Of a stretch of DNA of 64,000 bases, positions 54,175 through 63,687 are shown piece by piece; position 1 is the stretch's first letter; each line of letters begins with the position of its first letter. The notes under the pieces are model-generated. The model did no database searches. It worked only from the letters and a program-made list of their open reading frames with translations, and had not been told where the DNA came from. A program made the translations under genes and the position numbers. Source of the DNA: Nanobdellota archaeon (GTDB lineage Archaea > Nanobdellota > Nanobdellia > Woesearchaeales > GW2011-AR9); the NCBI GenBank assembly GCA_038044525.1, contig JBBSZV010000033.1, forward strand, positions 7,131 to 71,130, in the 5' to 3' direction.

Positions 54175-54876
54175 CTAATAATACTCTACTTCTTTTTCAG
54201 CGTAGATGCCTTTCTTCAGTTCCACCGGCCGCCATTCGTCGATGATTAAGGTCGCTCCCAGCCATTCTGACAATTCCTTGGGGTTGCCTATGGTTGCCGA
54301 AAGGCCGATGATCTGCGGCTTGATGAGGCTCTTAAGGAGCGTAAGGATAATTTCCAAAGTAGGTCCCCTGGAAGTATCGTTCAATAGATGGATCTCATCC
54401 ACGATCACGGTTTTCACTTCGGAAAGCCAGCCAACCCTATGCCGCAGAAGCGAATCCAGCTTTTCCGTGGTAAGGATAAGCAAGTCGTAATCGGTCAGAT
54501 AGTCGGCTTCAGAATCTACGTCGCCGGTCGAAAGTATCACTTTGTATGGAGAATCCTTGAACAAAGTTAGATATTCCTTGTATTTTTCTGTCCCTAGGGC
54601 TTTGAGCGGCACTAAATATATACTCTTGCTCTTTTTGCGCTCTTGTTCCAAGGAATTATCCTGGGTATTATCCTGAGTATCATGGTTGCCCAGAGTATTA
54701 TATATAGCCATAGTAGCGATCAAAGTTTTCCCGGAAGCAGTAGGGGCGCAGACCAGAATTGATTTTTTCTCCAAGAGTCCGGCTTTTACGGCTTTCTCCT
54801 GGATGGGCGTAAGAGTATTGAATGCGGCATATCGTTTTTTGAACGGTTCGGGCAGGGGAAGGCTGTTGATGTCCAT
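54175..54876 (-). CDS. Ski2/Hel308-like superfamily-2 helicase, N-terminal RecA1 domain only (truncated, 233 aa).
   Basis: Q-motif TPIQEKA. Motif I CAPTASGKT. Motif II VIVDEIHLL. Motif III LSATIGN. The ORF ends just after ...IIDEWRPVELKKG, so the RecA2 and downstream domains are missing. Confidence 0.55.
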   Translation of the reverse strand: MDINSLPLPEPFKKRYAAFNTLTPIQEKAVKAGLLEKKSILVCAPTASGKTLIATMAIYNTLGNHDTQDNTQDNSLEQERKKSKSIYLVPLKALGTEKYKEYLTLFKDSPYKVILSTGDVDSEADYLTDYDLLILTTEKLDSLLRHRVGWLSEVKTVIVDEIHLLNDTSRGPTLEIILTLLKSLIKPQIIGLSATIGNPKELSEWLGATLIIDEWRPVELKKGIYAEKEVEYY

Positions 54877-55263
54877 CTTATTTCATCTTATCGTTTTCGT
54901 AACCCGAATCTTTATAATTCTTTAGTGTTGTCGTGGCTACCAAATACATGGCTGCGACCAATTTACCAGAACTAAGTTCCAGAACATAGTTTTATCATTT
55001 AACAATGATGAACCGCCAAAAGCAAAAAATTTTTCAGTTTCAAGACGCCTCCATTTTTAGTGCGGATAGGTTCCGGTTATCTTAACGAAAAACTTATAAA
55101 TGGTTTTTCAGTAGTTGGAGATACTTAGTAGATGTGTCAATAAAGGATTACATCAATCTTAGGAATCCTTTGGATTTTTAATCCGTCTATAAGACCGAAA
55201 CAAGTGGGCCCTTGTGGTTTGCTGTTCGGAACTCTTAGGATGGAGCAGGACTGAGGAGAAGAG

Positions 55264-57846
55264 TTGGAAAACATATTCAAAACACGGAGGTGTGTTTTAA
55301 TGAAAGTAAAAAAGATAGTGAAATGCATTCTTTCAGCTGGTGCTGGAGCAACTATGCTTGGCGCAACAGTGATGGGTGCAATGGCTGCAGATTTGAGCAA
55401 CTACCCGGACATGTTAGTTCAAGATGGTGTCTTTAACGGACTTATGGTAGTCGGAGAAAATGCCGCTGCTGTAGACAATTTAGCAATGACTGACATTGCC
55501 GCAAGCATGAAATATAAAGCATCTGATGCAGGCGCTACCGTCAGTGTCGAGGGCGATGCTTTCCTAGTTAAAGCAGGAACTGACGAATTAGAGTTTGGCG
55601 AAGCGCTTGGAACCACAACTCACGGAGTATTGGATTTCGTAGATGGGGATGATTTAGCTGCTTTGGCAGATGGTACTTTGGCCAGTTCAAAGGGATCTTT
55701 CAACTACGAACAGTTCATCCACTTCGATGACCCGGTCGTTAACACCACTTACGTGGAAGATGACGACGACGTAACTGCTTTGTTCTTGAAAGTTCCGGAT
55801 AACAGCCAATTCGCCAGATATGAAATGAACTTTCTGGATGCAGCAAAAAGCGATGTAGATTCATCTACCAGCTATAAATTGGATGATCTGGAAAAGAAAT
55901 CCATCACCCTGCTGGGAAAGACCTATAACATCGTCCAGGCCAGGACCAATGCGATTTCGGCTACTCCGCAAATCACCTTGACCTTGATGTCCGGTTCTGC
56001 TTCAGACCAAATATTGGAAGGGGAAACAAAAACGTTTACTCTTGATGGTAAAGAGTATGAAGTGAGTCTGATTTTCACCAATACGGCGGATCAAGCTAAA
56101 TTTACTGTCAATGGTGAAACTACCCCGGTAATGGATGAAGGAGATACTGAAACGCTATCTGACGGAGTGGTACTTGGATTGAGCGAAGTATTATACCAAG
56201 ACTACGCTGGAGGTATCCACCAAGCTGAGTTTTATCTGGGAGCTGACAAGTTAGAGTTGCAGGATGATAACTTTAACCAGACTATGGCTACCGCCACTTC
56301 ATCAGACGACCTAAAAGTCAATGATGAAACCATCGACGGCGCAGCGGTAACGATCTTTGGTTCAGTGACTACTGCCTGGAGCGCAACTGCTGACGGAGAG
56401 TTAGAGATTGACGACATCCAGGTCAACATGACTGCGCAGGACGATTATTTTGTAGCAGCTGGTGAAACCTTGTTAGGCCAGCCCGAGCTTGAAGAAAAAT
56501 CATTAGTCTTCACTGAGAATTGGGACTTGCGTTTTGAAGGTATGGACCAGTCTGTGCTGACCGATGAACTAAAAGTTGCTGACCAAAGCGGTGAGAAGGA
56601 ATATTGGTTGACTTTCACTAACGTGAAAGGAGACGTAATAAATATGCCTTTAGCTTATGCGAATGGGGCAACTTTAAGATTTGGTAGCCAAGATGATAAG
56701 TTGCAATTGAACAAAACTTCAATCCAGGACGAACAATATTTCATCTTGAACGATGATACGGATGAAGATTCGGTCACCAGCGTAGTCCAATACAAGGGAA
56801 CTGATAAGTTTGGCGCATCCGATCCTAAAGCAAAGTTTAAGGTTTTAGGAACTGGAGAGACGGTCGAACGTCCGATAACCTTTGGAGCAGGCCAAAACGG
56901 TGCAACTTTTAACTTAAAGTTAGGAGGTAACACCTATACATTTGCCAACGCGAGTTCCGTCGGAGGAGCAGCTGCTGGAGGAGGTAATGTTGATGCTGAT
57001 GATTGGAACATTACCGTTACTGGTGGACATGCAGCTACTGCTCTGACTGCAAGGGGACCACTTGGTGTAAACTACGAAACCGATTTTTTAATCGCCCGTG
57101 GTGGTGCTAAAATTTGGGTCGAAGATATGTTTGGTAACGACACCGCTAACAGCATAAGGTTCAACGTCAGTTTGCTAGACGCTGATGCAATTGATGACAG
57201 AAACGCTGTTCCGTACCTGATAAAAGGGTACAACATCACGGCTGCATCAAGCGAAGTTGACTTGGCAACTGAAGTTGGGTTTGATTTTGTGAACCTTACC
57301 TTGACATCACCGCAAGACGACGACGACAATTCCTACGGTTACTCAGCTAACGGAGCATGGGTAAAAAGGAATAGTCCTAGCGGCGGCGGATCCAGCGCAG
57401 ACACATTGACCATTGAATGGCCGCACAAAGAAAGATTGCCAATGGTGTACTTGACCTCTGGAGCAGTAGCTTCGAGCACTTCAGCAGGCGGCGACCTGAA
57501 AGCAGTAACCTTTGTGGATGCCACTAAGCTGGACAGCGAAGTAGCTGACGTGAAAGCGCAGAACTTAGTTGTTGTAGGAGGACCTTGTGTCAACACCGCA
57601 GCAGCTGAATTGTTGGGCAACCCAACTGATTGTGCCGAAGGATTTACCCCTGGAAAAGCACGCGTTAAGTTGTTCGAGCATGCTAACGGCAACGTGGCTA
57701 TGCTTGTAGCAGGTTACAGCGGCGCTGACACCAGACTGGCTGGTAAAGTTGTAGCTAACAGAGCTGGCGAACTTTCCGGCAAGGAAATGGTTGTAGAAGG
57801 CACGACCTACGCTGACGCAACACTCAGCAAAACAACGTCTAACTAA
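55264..57846 (+). CDS. Large secreted acidic protein. Candidate S-layer or major surface protein.
   Basis: Signal peptide MKVKKIVKCILSAGAGATMLGATVMGAMA. 860 aa, rich in T, D, A and G. An SD-like GGAGGTG lies about 8 nt upstream. The 5' region is long and the gene is followed by a poly-T tract. Confidence 0.55.
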   Translation: MENIFKTRRCVLMKVKKIVKCILSAGAGATMLGATVMGAMAADLSNYPDMLVQDGVFNGLMVVGENAAAVDNLAMTDIAASMKYKASDAGATVSVEGDAFLVKAGTDELEFGEALGTTTHGVLDFVDGDDLAALADGTLASSKGSFNYEQFIHFDDPVVNTTYVEDDDDVTALFLKVPDNSQFARYEMNFLDAAKSDVDSSTSYKLDDLEKKSITLLGKTYNIVQARTNAISATPQITLTLMSGSASDQILEGETKTFTLDGKEYEVSLIFTNTADQAKFTVNGETTPVMDEGDTETLSDGVVLGLSEVLYQDYAGGIHQAEFYLGADKLELQDDNFNQTMATATSSDDLKVNDETIDGAAVTIFGSVTTAWSATADGELEIDDIQVNMTAQDDYFVAAGETLLGQPELEEKSLVFTENWDLRFEGMDQSVLTDELKVADQSGEKEYWLTFTNVKGDVINMPLAYANGATLRFGSQDDKLQLNKTSIQDEQYFILNDDTDEDSVTSVVQYKGTDKFGASDPKAKFKVLGTGETVERPITFGAGQNGATFNLKLGGNTYTFANASSVGGAAAGGGNVDADDWNITVTGGHAATALTARGPLGVNYETDFLIARGGAKIWVEDMFGNDTANSIRFNVSLLDADAIDDRNAVPYLIKGYNITAASSEVDLATEVGFDFVNLTLTSPQDDDDNSYGYSANGAWVKRNSPSGGGSSADTLTIEWPHKERLPMVYLTSGAVASSTSAGGDLKAVTFVDATKLDSEVADVKAQNLVVVGGPCVNTAAAELLGNPTDCAEGFTPGKARVKLFEHANGNVAMLVAGYSGADTRLAGKVVANRAGELSGKEMVVEGTTYADATLSKTTSN

Positions 57847-57849
57847 GCC

Positions 57850-57900
57850 TAGATAAGGCTTTTGTTTTTTTCTTTTTTTTCTTTTTTTCTGGTGTTTTTG
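57850..57900 (+). terminator. Poly-T transcription terminator region (archaeal type).
   Basis: Reads ttttgtttttttctttttttttctttttttctggtgtttttggtatttttg immediately after the stop. Confidence 0.45.
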
Positions 57901-58085
57901 GTATTTTTGACGCAGGTTTTTGCGCTGAGCAAAAGATAATTTTTATAAGCAGGAAAATTATTCTTCCCTCAAATAAGTTAATTTCAAGTGAATCAGCAAT
58001 ATATTAAATCAGGATATTAAACCAATAAGAAAAAAATATCAAGAGGCGAATAGATATCAAATACAAAAATTACGTTCCGGTATTC

Positions 58086-59105
58086 TTGTTTGTTTCTTTG
58101 GCAGTATTATCTTTTTTTATCCTCCGGCCGCTCGTACTGGCAATTTTTGTAGGAGCGCTATTAGCTTATACCTTTTATCCGATATACAAGTTCACCGCAA
58201 AAAAAACCAATAGCCCTATAATCTCTTCGTTTTTAGTATGTTTCTTAGTCCTTCTCTTGGTGATAATCCCTGCCGGTTTTTTGATAAAGGTGCTTATACA
58301 GGAATCATATGTCATCTATCTGCTGGTCAAACAGAAATTAGCGGTGGGGTTGTTTAACAGCTGCACTACCGACCTGTGCAAGGCCATAACGGAGATGAGC
58401 CAGAGCGAGGTCGTCAGCTATCAGCTGAAAGAGATCACCAAAAATGCCGCCGAATGGGTCATCAGTAAAGGCTCATCATTTTTAGTGAACTTACCGCGCC
58501 TGCTGATGAATTTATTTGTGGTTTTCTTTACCCTATTCTTTTTCCTGAAGGATGGGGAAAGTTTGCTCAATAAGCTGCACAATTATTTTCAGATCCGCCA
58601 GAAAAATTATGCTTTGATCCTTGACCGATTGAGAGAAATAATCCATGGGGTGGTTTACGGTTATCTATTGGTAGCTTTGATTCAGGGGATATTCGGCGCG
58701 TTAGGATTTTTCCTGTTCGGCATCCCTTCACCTTTTTTCTGGGGGGTAGTGATATCATTTTTTGCATTGATTCCGGCTATAGGTACGGGAGTGATCTGGA
58801 TCCCCGCTTCATTGTTCTTGTTGTTAGACGGGATATTTCAGGGTTCTGATGCCGGCATATGGATGGGGATAGGCTTGTTTGTATATTGTTTTATCTTTGT
58901 GGGAAGCGTGGATAATATTCTCCGCCCTAAACTTATCGGCGACAAGGCTAAAGTCCACACCGCGATCATCATGCTGGGTATCTTCGGCGGGATATTGTTT
59001 TTAGGGCCGCTGGGGGTAATCCTTGGGCCGTTAGTACTGTCGCTGACCGCAGAAGTGATGTGGATCTATCTTGCGAAAAATAATTACCATAAAAAACTAT
59101 TATAA
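58086..59105 (+). CDS. AI-2E family transporter (UPF0118/PerM-like).
   Basis: 339 aa with about 8 TM helices. The family-typical C-terminal region reads NILRPKLIGDKAKVHTAIIMLGIFGGILFLGPLGVILGP. Confidence 0.65.
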   Translation: MFVSLAVLSFFILRPLVLAIFVGALLAYTFYPIYKFTAKKTNSPIISSFLVCFLVLLLVIIPAGFLIKVLIQESYVIYLLVKQKLAVGLFNSCTTDLCKAITEMSQSEVVSYQLKEITKNAAEWVISKGSSFLVNLPRLLMNLFVVFFTLFFFLKDGESLLNKLHNYFQIRQKNYALILDRLREIIHGVVYGYLLVALIQGIFGALGFFLFGIPSPFFWGVVISFFALIPAIGTGVIWIPASLFLLLDGIFQGSDAGIWMGIGLFVYCFIFVGSVDNILRPKLIGDKAKVHTAIIMLGIFGGILFLGPLGVILGPLVLSLTAEVMWIYLAKNNYHKKLL

Positions 59106-59133
59106 TAAACCAGTTATAATAAAACTGTTATAA

Positions 59134-59595
59134 TCAGAATCCGGTTCCCCTGCTGTAACCTACCAGCTGCTGGAGGTAATCGGAAAGCTGTATCTGCTGC
59201 GGAATATGCCGTAAAAAGAAATTTTTACCTAAATTGATGGAATAAGTTTTGAAGAACCGGTCTAAAGGATCGAGATGGACCGCGGTGTTGTTTATATCGA
59301 TGTAAAAGATGGTTTCTTTTCCTTTGGTTACTCTGTTGCGGTAAAATAAGTAAGGCTGGCTTACTTTCCGCACCGCCAGACCGGTGCCCAAAAGGACGAG
59401 GAGCAGCAATAGTATCAAAGAGCCGGTTTTTAGCGCAGTTTCCTGTCCGGCGCTTAATTCCAGTAAGGATACATTAAGCAATACGCCGAGGTAAAAAATG
59501 GTAGATAAGATCGTCAGAGAAGCTATTTTAGGCGCTAAGGCCCGGGATTTAGATTCGTACACGGTGTAGATAGGCATTTCCGGAGGAAGTTCCAT
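59134..59595 (-). CDS. Hypothetical membrane protein.
   Basis: 153 aa with two hydrophobic helices. Confidence 0.3.
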   Translation of the reverse strand: MELPPEMPIYTVYESKSRALAPKIASLTILSTIFYLGVLLNVSLLELSAGQETALKTGSLILLLLLVLLGTGLAVRKVSQPYLFYRNRVTKGKETIFYIDINNTAVHLDPLDRFFKTYSINLGKNFFLRHIPQQIQLSDYLQQLVGYSRGTGF

Positions 59596-59675
59596 TAGAT
59601 AATGAAAATGATATTAATTTAAATGGTTTATGGTAGATTTTTGGGATAAATTAATGGTCGATAATGAAAAATAAA

Positions 59676-59821
59676 TGGGCCCACCCGGACTTTCGGTATC
59701 AAGCATTTCGAACCGGGGATCTCCTCGATACAGAAAATGCCAGCGTTTTAAGCGCTTTGCATTTGCGTCAACGAGATGTCATCTGCGGCGCATCTCTGCG
59801 TAGCCGCTAGACCATGAGCCC
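59676..59821 (-). tRNA. tRNA-Val (anticodon GAC) with three introns: D-loop about 19 nt, anticodon loop 37/38 about 37 nt, T-loop 17 nt. The mature length is 73 nt.
   Basis: On the minus strand: acceptor GGGCTCA/TGGGCCC plus A. D-arm GTC-TAGCGGCTA[CGCAGAGATGCGCCGCAGA]T-GAC. Anticodon stem TCTCG/CGAGG with loop TTGACG[37-nt intron]T. Variable loop AGATC. T-stem CCCGG/CCGGG enclosing TTCGA[AATGCTTGATACCGAAA]GT. The T-loop intron position and sequence pattern match the other tRNA-Val. Confidence 0.6.
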
Positions 59822-59878
59822 ATCTTTGTAAGAAAGACTTATATTCTTTTATAAATCTTATTTATTTATTCTTGAAAA

Positions 59879-60520
59879 ATGGCAGATGCGGAAACCCTGT
59901 TCTTTAGCGGCCTGATAGAACTGCAGTATGGAAAGGACGTGGAAAAAGAATTGAAGATAATAGCAGAAGATGTTTCCTGGGCCAAGGGATGGCCTGACAA
60001 TATCATCTCATTCTGGAATGCCGAATCCTTCATGTGGAGGCATAAGATCAGCAAGGAAGCAAGAGATCTGATCGCCGGCGAATTATCCTTTCTGAAGGGC
60101 GGGAAGAATCTGGATGTGGGCTGCGGCGCTTATTCCTATCTGTCTTCGGTAGGTTTTGATATTTCGGAAAAGATGCTGCTGCTGAACGGCCACTGCACGG
60201 AAAAAGTCCGCGGGGATCTGGAAGGCGCATTGCCGTTTCACGACAGCAGCTTTGACTCCATCACTGCGGTTTTTGTCCTGAATTATGTGTCCGGCTATCA
60301 TCAGCTGCTGCAGGAAATAAAACGAATCCTACGTCCGGACGGCCGTTTTGCAGCAGTTCTATCTGCCAACAGGATCAACAGTTGGCAGCGGCAGAAAGAA
60401 GTGAATTGTTTTGCTGCTGAAGGATGGGTTTCTATCTTAAAAAGAGCCGGGTTTACCGTTGATTTTCAGGTGAAAGAGGGGTTGTGGTTTTTCAGATGCA
60501 AAGCCCTTTCTATTAGATGA
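59879..60520 (+). CDS. Class I SAM-dependent methyltransferase (Methyltransf_11-like).
   Basis: Motif I NLDVGCGAY. The post-I/II region reads LPFHDSSFDSITAVFVL...LRPDGRF. Confidence 0.6.
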   Translation: MADAETLFFSGLIELQYGKDVEKELKIIAEDVSWAKGWPDNIISFWNAESFMWRHKISKEARDLIAGELSFLKGGKNLDVGCGAYSYLSSVGFDISEKMLLLNGHCTEKVRGDLEGALPFHDSSFDSITAVFVLNYVSGYHQLLQEIKRILRPDGRFAAVLSANRINSWQRQKEVNCFAAEGWVSILKRAGFTVDFQVKEGLWFFRCKALSIR

Positions 60521-60586
60521 ATGTAGGTAGATTTATAAATTTAAAATGATTAATTTCTTTATTTAGTTATAACTATAAAAAAGGTA

Positions 60587-61897
60587 ATGAAAATGAAGAA
60601 ATATCTGGTGCTGGTAGGTCTTTTATTATTGCTTCCCGTGGTTTTGGCGCAGGAAAATGAAATTGTTTCGGAAGATCCGGGCGTGACTCCCGATTCTTTT
60701 TTATGGGGCGTAGATAAGGCTTTGGAGCAGATCTCCTTATTGCTCGCTGCTGATCCGGAAGCAAAAGCGGCCAAAGGGCTGGAAATCGCCCGGGAACGTC
60801 TGTTGGAAGTAAAGGCCATGGCTGAAGCGAAGAACCTCCCTGCTCTCGAGAAAGCGCAGAATGAGCACAGCAAAATTCTTCTTAAGGTAAAAGAAAATAT
60901 CAAATCGATGGCCGATGACGATCCTGAAGCTCAGCTGGAGAATGAATTAAAAATAGAAAAAGAGCTGCAGGAACACGAAAAGGAAATAGAAGAAGTAAGC
61001 GCGAAATTAAAAGTCAAGATAAAGGTTGAAGGCGTTTTGTCTGCGGAACAGCAGGCGCAGCTGGACGAATTCTTGGCTTCGTTGAGCGAAAGCGCTGAAG
61101 ATGTTAAAGTGGAGATTAAAAATAAGAAAGAATCTACCAAGGTAACCATCAAGGAGAAGACCGGCAAGAGCGAAGAAGAAATAGAAGATGATGTGGAAAA
61201 ATCAGAGCGGGAGCAAGGTATCGGCGAAGAGATAAAAGTGCGGGCTGAGACTGCCGGCGGGAAATCTTTTGTCAAAGTGGATCTTAGTTTCGATACTGCT
61301 GCTACCGATAAGGAAGCGCTTCTGGCGGAGATCGTGGAACGGTTCAGCCTGGATGCGGAAAACGCAGCTTCTCTACTGAAGGTTGAAGAAGAGGCAGAAG
61401 ATGATGAAGATAGGCTGCAGGTCAAAGTAAAGACCGGCGCAGAAGGTTCAGAAGTGGATGTAAAACTGCGTTTTACCATAAACTCTACGGAAGAGAGCGC
61501 CATCGTCGCTGCCTTGGTCGAGAGGACGCAATTAACTCCTGAACAGATCGAAGCGGTATGGCGGCTGAAAGAAGAAAAACAGAAAGAAGGTAAGGAGATC
61601 GAGATCGAAGTGGAGATAGAGGAAGGCGAAGCGCAGGTTAAGGTCGAGACCGACAGCAGCGAGATGGAATTTGTGCTGGAAGAGACCGACCGCGAGAAAA
61701 TAGTGCAGGAGATTGCTTCCCGCCTGGGAATCTCCGTGGAAGAAGTCTTGAAGTACGCGACTTTTGAAGAAGAATCGGAAGAAAAATCTAAGAGAACGGA
61801 AGAGCCGGAGACGGAAGAAGACGAAGCCGGGGATGAGGATGAAGATTCTGAAGAGGAAGATGAGGAAAGCGGAAGCAACGTCTCCGGCAATCAATAA
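60587..61897 (+). CDS. Secreted, highly charged (K/E-rich) coiled-coil protein with an acidic C-terminal tail.
   Basis: Signal peptide MKMKKYLVLVGLLLLLPVVLA. 436 aa, with more than 35% of residues E, K or D. It ends EEDEAGDEDEDSEEEDEESG. Confidence 0.4.
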   Translation: MKMKKYLVLVGLLLLLPVVLAQENEIVSEDPGVTPDSFLWGVDKALEQISLLLAADPEAKAAKGLEIARERLLEVKAMAEAKNLPALEKAQNEHSKILLKVKENIKSMADDDPEAQLENELKIEKELQEHEKEIEEVSAKLKVKIKVEGVLSAEQQAQLDEFLASLSESAEDVKVEIKNKKESTKVTIKEKTGKSEEEIEDDVEKSEREQGIGEEIKVRAETAGGKSFVKVDLSFDTAATDKEALLAEIVERFSLDAENAASLLKVEEEAEDDEDRLQVKVKTGAEGSEVDVKLRFTINSTEESAIVAALVERTQLTPEQIEAVWRLKEEKQKEGKEIEIEVEIEEGEAQVKVETDSSEMEFVLEETDREKIVQEIASRLGISVEEVLKYATFEEESEEKSKRTEEPETEEDEAGDEDEDSEEEDEESGSNVSGNQ

Positions 61898-61940
61898 GCT
61901 GATGGGATGATAAAAGCTGGTAAGCGGATGAGCAGATAAA

Positions 61941-63404
61941 ATGGCAGTTGATATATTTTCCAAGGAACCGGCATTCGCTGACGACCCTACTTATCGATCT
62001 AATCTTCTGAAAGAATATGGTTTTGGAGAAGAACGGGCAGAAATAATTACCGGCGAATATCAAACTACGGGGTTTCCTGAATCTTTAAGGCACTGTCGTC
62101 TGTTGTGGGAAGTGTTCGATCTTGGTCTGGAAGAGCCGTATTTCTGGATATTAGATTATTTTAAAGATGCTTTCCCCATAATCGAGAAATTAGAAGATTC
62201 TTTTGCCGCAGCAGAAAATTCTGCATTTTTTGGAGTGACCCAGCAGCGTTTAGGTGCGCAGCAGGATAAGATATCACAGTTCTTAGCCCAAGTCGGAAAG
62301 ATGATCAAGGAACTGTTTCAGATGGTGCGGGAATTGCGGATAATTGATGAGCGGTTAGATTATTATAACGGGGTAGAATCAGAATTATCCAAGTCCATAA
62401 GCCAGCGGGGCAAAAGCCACGAAATCACTTTGAAGGGATTGTTTGTAGATTTAGTGCAAGGGGGAGGAAAAAGCGCCGCATCAGTGTATGGGATGGCCAG
62501 AGAACTGGAATTCATCACTCTTCCGGATTTATTTTTTGATGCTCCGCCTTTAAAGAATACCGGAGAACTGGAAAGGCACATCGAATCGCTAAGCCAGAAT
62601 TTCAACAAGAATGTCCTTCGGGTTTTACAGCGGCATCTTAACCAATATCTGGAATGGCGGACGCGGACGCATAAAGAGCATATGCAAAGAAAAATCTTCC
62701 AGCTTAAATATCTAAAACAGCACTTTGACGTCATCAAGATGTACCTAACTTGGGTCAAGCCTTACCTGCGGCACGTCCGTGCCTTGACTCTGAAAGGAAA
62801 AAGCATGAGTTCGGCGGAGATGGTTTCCGCTTTTGAAGGAAGCATGCTGGACGTGGAAATTTTGGCGCGCAAGCCGTTGGAGCCGTCGAAGAAAGCCAGT
62901 TCCTGTGTCTTAGCTACGTTCAATTACCGGACGAGAGCGGAAATGAAAGTGCAGCAGGAAGGCTATCAGCGCGGCCCGATCCATATCGGCAAGATGGTAG
63001 TCACGTTCAGGGCTTATGCCTGGACGAACGAACAAGTGGATAATTATAAAAAACTTAAAGATAAAGAGATGTTTGATCTGTTCGGCGATGTTTCTTCTTC
63101 AGTGCAGGCAGCCATGGAATCTTTAGGGCAGGAATTATATCATTATCTTGAAGAGGCAGAAGGGAAAGCTGTGCAGGAAAAGAAAGCGGCCGAGAAAAAG
63201 CCAGCAAAAACTTTTACCGAGAAATTCCTGGGAGATTTTTATACGCCGCGGGGAGCGAAGGAATCCAGAAAAACGCGTAAGCAGGAAGGATTAGCTGCAG
63301 CTCAGGCTATGGCTGATGCAGAGAAGTGCGAAGGAGCGGCTAAATTTCATGCATTCAATGTTTTTCATCTATTCAAGAAAGCGCACCGGATGGTAGCATG
63401 GTGA
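61941..63404 (+). CDS. Hypothetical protein.
   Basis: 487-aa ORF, no motif. Confidence 0.35.
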   Translation: MAVDIFSKEPAFADDPTYRSNLLKEYGFGEERAEIITGEYQTTGFPESLRHCRLLWEVFDLGLEEPYFWILDYFKDAFPIIEKLEDSFAAAENSAFFGVTQQRLGAQQDKISQFLAQVGKMIKELFQMVRELRIIDERLDYYNGVESELSKSISQRGKSHEITLKGLFVDLVQGGGKSAASVYGMARELEFITLPDLFFDAPPLKNTGELERHIESLSQNFNKNVLRVLQRHLNQYLEWRTRTHKEHMQRKIFQLKYLKQHFDVIKMYLTWVKPYLRHVRALTLKGKSMSSAEMVSAFEGSMLDVEILARKPLEPSKKASSCVLATFNYRTRAEMKVQQEGYQRGPIHIGKMVVTFRAYAWTNEQVDNYKKLKDKEMFDLFGDVSSSVQAAMESLGQELYHYLEEAEGKAVQEKKAAEKKPAKTFTEKFLGDFYTPRGAKESRKTRKQEGLAAAQAMADAEKCEGAAKFHAFNVFHLFKKAHRMVAW

Positions 63405-63434
63405 CTGTATTTTTTTAACATAGAGGTATAGAAA

Positions 63435-63674
63435 ATGGATAACTTGGAAAATAAAATTTTAAAACAGAACGGGAATGAACCAATTAAACCGGACGGAAAA
63501 CAGTGGCTGCCTCTGGGCATCGGCGTTTATTTTGCAGTGAAAGATGCATTACAAGGCAAACCGCACATTATGGATCCGAGTAATCGGGTGAGGCTGTATG
63601 CCAGTGCATTCTATCACGGCATGATAAGCGCATATCCTATTTATCTTGGCATAAAAGATCTTGTTCAAAATTGA
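63435..63674 (+). CDS. Hypothetical small protein.
   Basis: 79-aa ORF downstream of the upstream gene, on the same strand. Confidence 0.3.
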   Translation: MDNLENKILKQNGNEPIKPDGKQWLPLGIGVYFAVKDALQGKPHIMDPSNRVRLYASAFYHGMISAYPIYLGIKDLVQN

Positions 63675-63687
63675 ACTAGGCGTAACG

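Noticed and set aside
59690-59830. Possible SRP or RNase P RNA, or other structured ncRNA (GGGCCC...GGGCCC ends).
   Set aside because: It is better explained as a minus-strand tRNA-Val(GAC) with three introns, which gives an exact 73-nt mature cloverleaf.
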